Part shown: positions 54,881 to 59,895 of the stretch, piece by piece
Numbering within the stretch: position 1 is the first letter of the stretch
Layout: the number at the start of each line of letters is the position of its first letter
Source of the DNA: a virus
Lineage: Duplodnaviria > Caudoviricetes
Strand: one strand, 5' to 3'
Length of the DNA stretch: 59,895 bases
Virus record (IMG/VR): IMGVR_UViG_3300009506_000033
Coordinates: 1-59,895 of that record
Program-made: the position numbers and the translations under genes
Notes under the pieces: generated by a model
The model's input: only the letters and a program-made list of their open reading frames with translations
Databases searched by the model: none
What the model was told of the DNA's origin: nothing

Positions 54881-55384
54881 ATGTCTCAACCCAACCCTAA
54901 CCGCATAAGCCGTGAGCGTTTGACTGAGCTGTTCAAGAATGATGTATTTCTTATATCATCCTTAGTCACGATGGACAACTCGGCTTATCGTAGCGTCATG
55001 TCGCAGGCACGCTTCGTAGGCATGGAAACAGGCACGGCTGCCTCACGTGGATACTACGAGCGCAAACCTGTCGCCCCTGCTGCTGTCGTGCTTGCGCATA
55101 TCCGCTCCAGCGTGGATGGTGTTGAGTGGTTCAAGCTGCGCAACACGATCAGCTACCTGCGCTCCTCATACAAACGGACGACGCGGCAGGGTGAAACGGA
55201 AGCCGAGAAGCGCGCCCGGTATCAGCGGGAGTATTACGCCCGGCGCAAGCGTGAAGCGAAGATGCAACTGGTTCGCGTGGTCTTGCCGCGTGAACTGTAC
55301 AAGGAGGTGTGTGATTCGCTGGATGCAGCGGGTCGCCCCGACCTCACCGAGAAGGTTATCGCCTCAAAGGTGGGGGGCAAGTAG
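54881..55384 (+). CDS. Basic hypothetical protein, possible C-terminal ribbon-helix-helix
   Basis: Likely start ATG 54881 after GGAG; QREYYARRKRE..LVRVVLPRELY. Confidence 0.65.
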   Translation: MSQPNPNRISRERLTELFKNDVFLISSLVTMDNSAYRSVMSQARFVGMETGTAASRGYYERKPVAPAAVVLAHIRSSVDGVEWFKLRNTISYLRSSYKRTTRQGETEAEKRARYQREYYARRKREAKMQLVRVVLPRELYKEVCDSLDAAGRPDLTEKVIASKVGGK

Positions 55385-55435
55385 CAGTTTGTACGTACAA
55401 ACTGTTTTGAATCAATCACTTAATGGAGGTGCAGC

Positions 55436-55687
55436 ATGACACACATCAACACGAAGTTGGTTCCCCACGTGCCCGAGTGGTTCAAGCGGTTCACGGCATG
55501 GCTGTTTGCGCTGGCGCACGATGACGAGTTGAACGAGGTCAGTTTCTACGTGCGTTACAAGCTGGAGTGCCCGCCTGCGACTGCGAAGCAGGCCACGCCT
55601 GACACGGTGCGGCAGTTGCGCGATGACCGGCTGCGCGCGCTCGGCGCGATGGATGTAATGTCCCGTCTGGGACTGGGGGGACGGTGA
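55436..55687 (+). CDS. Hypothetical protein
   Basis: GGAGG SD after the AATCACTTAAT box. Confidence 0.7.
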   Translation: MTHINTKLVPHVPEWFKRFTAWLFALAHDDELNEVSFYVRYKLECPPATAKQATPDTVRQLRDDRLRALGAMDVMSRLGLGGR

Positions 55688-55875
55688 TGAAATACGCTAG
55701 CCTGTTCGTCCCGCTTATATCCATCCTCGTGGTGTTCGGTGGCATTGTTGCCGCTGCGCATCAGGTGGCATCCAGCCGCATCACCACGGAGTGTGCAGAG
55801 CACGGTCAATTTGTCTCGGACGGCAAGCTGTACCTGTGCATCCCGACCCACTGGAGAGAAGGAGGTGAGAAGTGA
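55684..55875 (+). CDS. Small TM protein with two Cys
   Basis: N-terminal TM helix; EC..HGQF..DGK.Y.C. Confidence 0.65.
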   Translation: MMKYASLFVPLISILVVFGGIVAAAHQVASSRITTECAEHGQFVSDGKLYLCIPTHWREGGEK

Positions 55876-55967
55876 ACGCGTTGCTTGGTGTCTACTGGCG
55901 CTGGGCGTACTGGGAAGCAGTGAACGATGGGCGGCGGGTGTGTCTGCTGCCTGCGTTTTATCGGTAG
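55872..55967 (+). CDS. 31-aa peptide (not in ORF track)
   Basis: GGAGG SD and GTGA overlap; MNALLGVYWRWAYWEAVNDGRRVCLLPAFYR*. Confidence 0.45.
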   Translation: MNALLGVYWRWAYWEAVNDGRRVCLLPAFYR

Positions 55968-55995
55968 TTAAATCATTTAATCAAGGAGTTACATC

Positions 55996-56529
55996 ATGGA
56001 ATACATCAACTACATCACCGCTGTCATGGCCACCGTGCTTGCTGTTCAGGCAGGCATCAAGATGTATCACTTCGTGGGCAAGTTGCGCACGTCGCCGGGG
56101 ATGCGCGGCATCAACTCCATGCCGGGGAAACCCGAAGGGTGGGAAAAGGTGTTCGGCGATAACGACCTCGACAATCAGGCCGGGTATATCGCGGCTATCA
56201 AGAGTGCGACTGCCGATGTGCGCGCGCTGCTGGACAAGCGGTTCGCCGGGGTTGCGGAAGACGACCGTCGCCGCCTTGCCGTGTCGGGTGTGCTGCTTAA
56301 CTGCGTAGTGCGGATTTCGGGTGAGACGACCACCATCGGCGAGACGTTGGGCATGGGCATAAGCACGTCGTCGGCGATGGATGTGGCGCTGCACAAACTG
56401 AAAGCCAAGGCGGAGTCACTCGCGGAAGCGCATGACGGGCAGCCGCAGGAAGCCAAGACGATGGATACCGACGTCGACCAAGCCATGCGCGAGGCCGAGC
56501 TTGCCAAACAGGAAGGGAGGATGAACTGA
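55996..56529 (+). CDS. Hypothetical protein with N-terminal TM helix
   Basis: AAGGAG SD; 177 aa. Confidence 0.75.
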   Translation: MEYINYITAVMATVLAVQAGIKMYHFVGKLRTSPGMRGINSMPGKPEGWEKVFGDNDLDNQAGYIAAIKSATADVRALLDKRFAGVAEDDRRRLAVSGVLLNCVVRISGETTTIGETLGMGISTSSAMDVALHKLKAKAESLAEAHDGQPQEAKTMDTDVDQAMREAELAKQEGRMN

Positions 56530-56831
56530 TGAACACCGTAACCGAAGAAGAACTGTGGGAGGTGCAGCTTCGGCACTGGCCGGAGTCGCGCCGCCTCACC
56601 GAGCAGGAAGTGGTGGACTGGGTGTTCGCGCCCGGCCTCACAGGTCAGACACAGGGACGCCGCGCCATGATGGTGGTGATCGCGTTGCAGAACCCGGTGC
56701 GCGTGTGGTATCGCACCCACGCAGCCAACACGCCTGCCGGGGCCATGCGTCCCGAGGGCGGCTGGATGGGCTGCCGCTACGGGAAGCATGACGGCGATTA
56801 CATATCGGGCTTCGACAACGTCAACGGTTAG
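56529..56831 (+). CDS. Hypothetical protein
   Basis: TGATG coupling; stop overlaps the palindrome. Confidence 0.7.
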   Translation: MNTVTEEELWEVQLRHWPESRRLTEQEVVDWVFAPGLTGQTQGRRAMMVVIALQNPVRVWYRTHAANTPAGAMRPEGGWMGCRYGKHDGDYISGFDNVNG

Positions 56832-56906
56832 TTTGTAGATACAAACCAGCTTGGTACCGCCGCCGCCGCGCGCGGCGTACCAATCACTTAATGAAGGAGG
56901 TGTGAC

Positions 56907-57101
56907 ATGAGTGGAACATGGGAAGTAGTGAAGCGTGTCGTCGGGTCGTATCACGTGGAAGTCGTGCGTGATGGCATGGGGCCGATTGAAGCAACCGTGC
57001 TTGCTGACGAACTGAACCGCACAAGGCTGGGCTGGGGTGAAACTTACTCTGCCCGTGGTGAGCGGTGCGGCGAGATGGTGACTGAGGCCGTGGAGGAGTA
57101 A
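56907..57101 (+). CDS. Hypothetical protein
   Basis: AAGGAGGT SD. Confidence 0.7.
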   Translation: MSGTWEVVKRVVGSYHVEVVRDGMGPIEATVLADELNRTRLGWGETYSARGERCGEMVTEAVEE

Positions 57102-57103
57102 CC

Positions 57104-57367
57104 ATGATACTCCGGCGCGGAACCACGGTGAAGGTTACAGCGCATATGCAGCATATGCCGCCTGACTGGGTTGGCACGGTCGGGGGTCAGCACCCTAACT
57201 TTGAGGAGTTCTACAAGGTCATGCCGATTGACCCTGCCTTGCATCAAGTTGTGTACACGTTCTTCCGCGACCAAAGTGATGAGCCGTACGTGTGGGTGCG
57301 TGATGACCAGATGGTGATGGTTGCTGTAACCAAGGGGCTGTTCGGGGAGCTTCTTTTGAAGGAGTAG
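57104..57367 (+). CDS. SH3/KOW-like paralogue with KGLFGE tail
   Basis: RGTTVKV...WVGTV...KVMP.DPAL; similar to ORFs 57699 and 58019. Confidence 0.65.
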   Translation: MILRRGTTVKVTAHMQHMPPDWVGTVGGQHPNFEEFYKVMPIDPALHQVVYTFFRDQSDEPYVWVRDDQMVMVAVTKGLFGELLLKE

Positions 57368-57400
57368 TTAGTACGTACTAATCGTGAAGTCAATTACTTA

Positions 57401-57697
57401 ATGAAGGAGATGGAAATGGCAATGGAAATGAAAATCCGTACTGTTGTTCGCGTGGTAGCCCGTCGTGTGAACGTGATACACCCCCTGTGCAACCACGTCG
57501 TGGGTAAGCACCACACCTTTACCCACCGCGCGCTTGCGGGTGTGGTCGTGATGACTGCGGGCGTGGTCGTGGCCAAGACCATCGGACACAACGAGAACGA
57601 GATTGTCTCGCTGATCGGTGACGGCGTGGGGTACGGGCTGCATGGCTTCGGCCTGACCCCGTTCATTGAAGCGGCGCTGGCTGCCGAGGAGGTGTGA
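57401..57697 (+). CDS. Small membrane protein with Gly-rich helices
   Basis: Two hydrophobic Gly-rich segments; the true start may be a later ATG (e.g. 57416). Confidence 0.65.
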   Translation: MKEMEMAMEMKIRTVVRVVARRVNVIHPLCNHVVGKHHTFTHRALAGVVVMTAGVVVAKTIGHNENEIVSLIGDGVGYGLHGFGLTPFIEAALAAEEV

Positions 57698-57698
57698 C

Positions 57699-58022
57699 AT
57701 GAAGTTCACGAAAGGTGAACCTGTGATCGTCAAGCCGGGCCATAACCGCTGGCTGGAAAGCGACTATGACGACTTCGGTTACACCGGGCCGCACAACTGG
57801 ACAGGCGTGGTCATAGGCCACTGGGGTGTTGCGGAGTCGGAGGAAGTCGTGCTCGTCAGGCCGGACGACCCTGTCCTGCGCGATATAGCCGCGTCTTACC
57901 GGGACGGCGTACTCGACGAAGGCGTGGATAGCCCGGACTACTTCAGATTCTTTGCACGCACCGTCGAGTCGATTGCGGGGATGTTCTCGGAACCCGGACT
58001 GTTCGAGGAGGTGACGCCATGA
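57699..58022 (+). CDS. SH3/KOW-like paralogue with EPGLFEEV tail
   Basis: Start ATG 57699 after GGAGG; FTKGEPVIV...WTGVVIGH...VRPDDPVLR. Confidence 0.7.
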   Translation: MKFTKGEPVIVKPGHNRWLESDYDDFGYTGPHNWTGVVIGHWGVAESEEVVLVRPDDPVLRDIAASYRDGVLDEGVDSPDYFRFFARTVESIAGMFSEPGLFEEVTP

Positions 58023-58285
58023 TTGAGTGTCCAGCCATAGGTACGCGCGTCATATGCAACGACGTGGAATTTCCACCGCAGTGGTCAGGTAAGCCATACT
58101 GGTCAGGCGTAGTCATCGGCCATATATCGGGCACTATCATCAAGGTGCGCCCCGACGAACCGGCGCTGCGCGTGATTGCGCGTGCGTACCGCGAGAGCGA
58201 TGTCAACGACTGGTTCCAGACCAGCTACAAGGACTTCGACCCTGACCCCGGCATCGAACCCGGCCTGTTCGACGAGGTCACGTAG
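58019..58285 (+). CDS. SH3/KOW-like paralogue with EPGLFDEV tail
   Basis: IGTRVI...WSGVVIGH...VRPDEPALR. Confidence 0.7.
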   Translation: MIECPAIGTRVICNDVEFPPQWSGKPYWSGVVIGHISGTIIKVRPDEPALRVIARAYRESDVNDWFQTSYKDFDPDPGIEPGLFDEVT

Positions 58286-58373
58286 GAAACAGCTTAGTAC
58301 CCGCCGCGCGCGGCCAGCAGCACCGCGCACCGGCATCATCAACGCTGCGAATCACTTAATGAAAGGAAGCACC

Positions 58374-58607
58374 ATGATTGACGACGAAGTTTTTTATATC
58401 GCTACCGATAACGAGTCCTCTTACGGCTTGAGCGGGGAGTCGTTCACCGACGCCTTTGAAGAACTGGAAGACCAGATCGGCAGTACCGAGTTCACTGACT
58501 GCGAGTTCTACATCGCGCGCAAGGTCGAGGTCGAGATGAAGGTTATCCCGAAGGAGCAACTCGTCCCGGTCGAAGCCCCGCCTGTCCCGCGCCGCACCAA
58601 GAAGTAG
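58374..58607 (+). CDS. Acidic hypothetical protein
   Basis: Start ATG 58374 after the box and AGGA; stop overlaps the palindrome. Confidence 0.7.
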   Translation: MIDDEVFYIATDNESSYGLSGESFTDAFEELEDQIGSTEFTDCEFYIARKVEVEMKVIPKEQLVPVEAPPVPRRTKK

Positions 58608-58707
58608 TTTGTACGTACAAACCGAGTACCACCCCTGCGCAGTGGCAATCCTGCCACGCGGCAAGCTGCGCAGGTTTCTCAACGCCGCATTTTAGGAGCT
58701 AATCAAA

Positions 58708-59094
58708 ATGGCTAAATTGACTGTTGCACAATTCACCGACCTCATCAACGCACTGGACGGCATCGACGCCGACGTGCACATCCATGTCGCGGTCAACTGC
58801 GACGTGGGTGATGCAGATGCAGTGCGTACCGTTGTCGGTGACGTGGCTACGGATGCACCGACCCCGGTGCCCACCCCGGCAGCTACCCCTGCCAAGACCG
58901 CTTCCGACTTCCCGGTCGGCGCGGCCATCAGCTGGGCGGGTCGCCTGTTCAACGGCGGCGGCACGGTAATCAAGCACAACCCCAACGGGAGCATTTCTGT
59001 GCGCATTACCGACTGCAACTCCCGGTCGCGCAAGCGTGTGAACCTCAATGTTGACGACCTCAACAGCGGGAACCTCACCTTGATGACTGCTTGA
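58708..59094 (+). CDS. Hypothetical protein with Pro/Thr linker and SH3-like C-terminal domain
   Basis: GGAGCTAATC RBS; FPVGAAI.W...GTVIK....ISVRI. Confidence 0.7.
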   Translation: MAKLTVAQFTDLINALDGIDADVHIHVAVNCDVGDADAVRTVVGDVATDAPTPVPTPAATPAKTASDFPVGAAISWAGRLFNGGGTVIKHNPNGSISVRITDCNSRSRKRVNLNVDDLNSGNLTLMTA

Positions 59095-59179
59095 CCGGCG
59101 CGCTGGTCTAGTACGTACTAGATCAGAGGGGGAGGGTGCAATGCCCTCCCCACTTAATCACTTAACAGGAGATTTAAAC

Positions 59180-59515
59180 ATGGGTGAAGATGAAGAAGAC
59201 CCCATCGCAGCAACACCCCGAGCACCATCGCCGATGTATGGTGGCTTTGCCGTAGGTGATCGCATCGTTGTCAGACTCAACGGTAGCGACGAAGGATACC
59301 ACGGGAGTTATTACGACGGTGACGTCGGTACTGTCGTGGATCGTGACGCATACGATGCAAGGAGTTACCCCGACTCGGTGCGCGTCGACTTCGACGACAA
59401 CGAGGAGCAGGTGGAATACGACCGCACTAACTACCTTGTTGATCTATCTGAAATCAGACCGCTGAACATAGAGGGTCAGGAACCCGGACTGTTCGAGGAG
59501 GTGCATCATGATTGA
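59180..59515 (+). CDS. SH3/KOW-like paralogue with GQEPGLFEEV tail
   Basis: Start ATG 59180; FAVGDRIVV...GDVGTVV...VRVDFD...EIRPLN. Confidence 0.75.
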   Translation: MGEDEEDPIAATPRAPSPMYGGFAVGDRIVVRLNGSDEGYHGSYYDGDVGTVVDRDAYDARSYPDSVRVDFDDNEEQVEYDRTNYLVDLSEIRPLNIEGQEPGLFEEVHHD

Positions 59516-59810
59516 AGACAACGCCTCGTCCAGCGAGGCCCCTGTCAACCCGCTACGGTTTGAGCCGGGGGATCGTATGTGCGTGAAGCCCCACATCGGG
59601 CGTGGGCGTTATGGCGGCTATTACGGGGGTGACGTAGGCACCGTCGTAGGCCCGTATTCGAGCGACCGGTCAGGCAGCGTCATCGTGGACTTTGATGCGC
59701 GCGGTCAGTACGGTCGACGAAGCGGGTATGCCGTGCTCAAGTCCGAACTTGAGCCGCTGAACGTGGAAGGTCAGGAACCCGGACTGTTCGAGGAGGTGCG
59801 CCATGTCTAG
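59508..59810 (+). CDS. SH3/KOW-like paralogue with GQEPGLFEEV tail
   Basis: FEPGDRMCV...GDVGTVV...VIVDFD...ELEPLN; clear paralogue of ORF 59180. Confidence 0.75.
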   Translation: MIEDNASSSEAPVNPLRFEPGDRMCVKPHIGRGRYGGYYGGDVGTVVGPYSSDRSGSVIVDFDARGQYGRRSGYAVLKSELEPLNVEGQEPGLFEEVRHV

Positions 59811-59895
59811 AATACTTGCACGTGACGCCAAGCATCACATCGCACGTCGGCAGCAGGTCTACACCAGCAACCGCTCCATACAGGGCCGCTGGACA
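59752..59895. repeat. Terminal direct repeat, right copy
   Basis: Identical to 1-144. Confidence 0.95.

Larger units (their letters stand above)
57989..59798 (+). repeat. 25-bp identical repeat GGAACCCGGACTGTTCGAGGAGGTG (57989-58013, 59479-59503, 59774-59798)
   Basis: Encodes EPGLFEEV and contains the SD of the next gene; degenerate copy near 58256. Confidence 0.9.

Noticed and set aside
53226-59123. Palindromic repeats as a CRISPR array or integron attC array
   Set aside because: Spacing is hundreds of bp containing whole genes and the repeats are only 18 bp. There is no cas operon or tyrosine recombinase; the Cas4-like gene is an ordinary replication-module exonuclease.
59495-59503. EEV tails as mimics of the Hsp70/Hsp90 EEVD TPR-binding motif
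   Set aside because: GAG GAG GTG is explained by the overlapping SD of the next gene, and the residues are not at the extreme C-terminus.

Overview
The window is an apparently complete ~59.75 kb tailed-phage genome. Bases 1-144 are repeated exactly at 59752-59895, consistent with a circular or terminally redundant assembly. It is GC-rich and probably infects a proteobacterium (inference). There are two divergent arms. The + strand arm starts at ~53270, wraps through position 1 and ends at ~20940. It carries many small early genes and then a replication module: family A DNA polymerase, PD-(D/E)xK exonuclease, VRR-NUC nuclease, SNF2-type helicase, putative SSB/SSAP and a primase-helicase. The - strand arm (53024 down to 20946) carries terminase, portal, scaffold, an N4-gp56-type major capsid protein, podovirus-like adaptor/nozzle and ejection proteins, SPRY and beta-helix fibre proteins, a methyltransferase-Maf/DUF115-like fusion and a lysis cassette with an M15 endolysin. 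I found no integrase, RNA polymerase, tRNA, CRISPR array or reverse transcriptase. The most interesting unexplained features are: (1) a stand-alone ~80-nt transcription unit (TTGACA-17-TACAGT promoter, terminator at 20912-20942) whose loop contains GAUUAGCUCC, the exact antisense of a GGAGCTAATC ribosome-binding site shared by five phage genes, i.e. a candidate multi-target sRNA; (2) an 18-bp palindrome (AGTTTGTAnnTACAAAC) and an AATCACTTAAT box that repeatedly bracket early-gene cassettes; (3) seven proteins, five of them SH3/KOW-like, sharing a near-C-terminal GLF[D/E/G]E motif that resembles a sliding-clamp-binding motif. All family assignments come from motif recognition by eye, not database searches.
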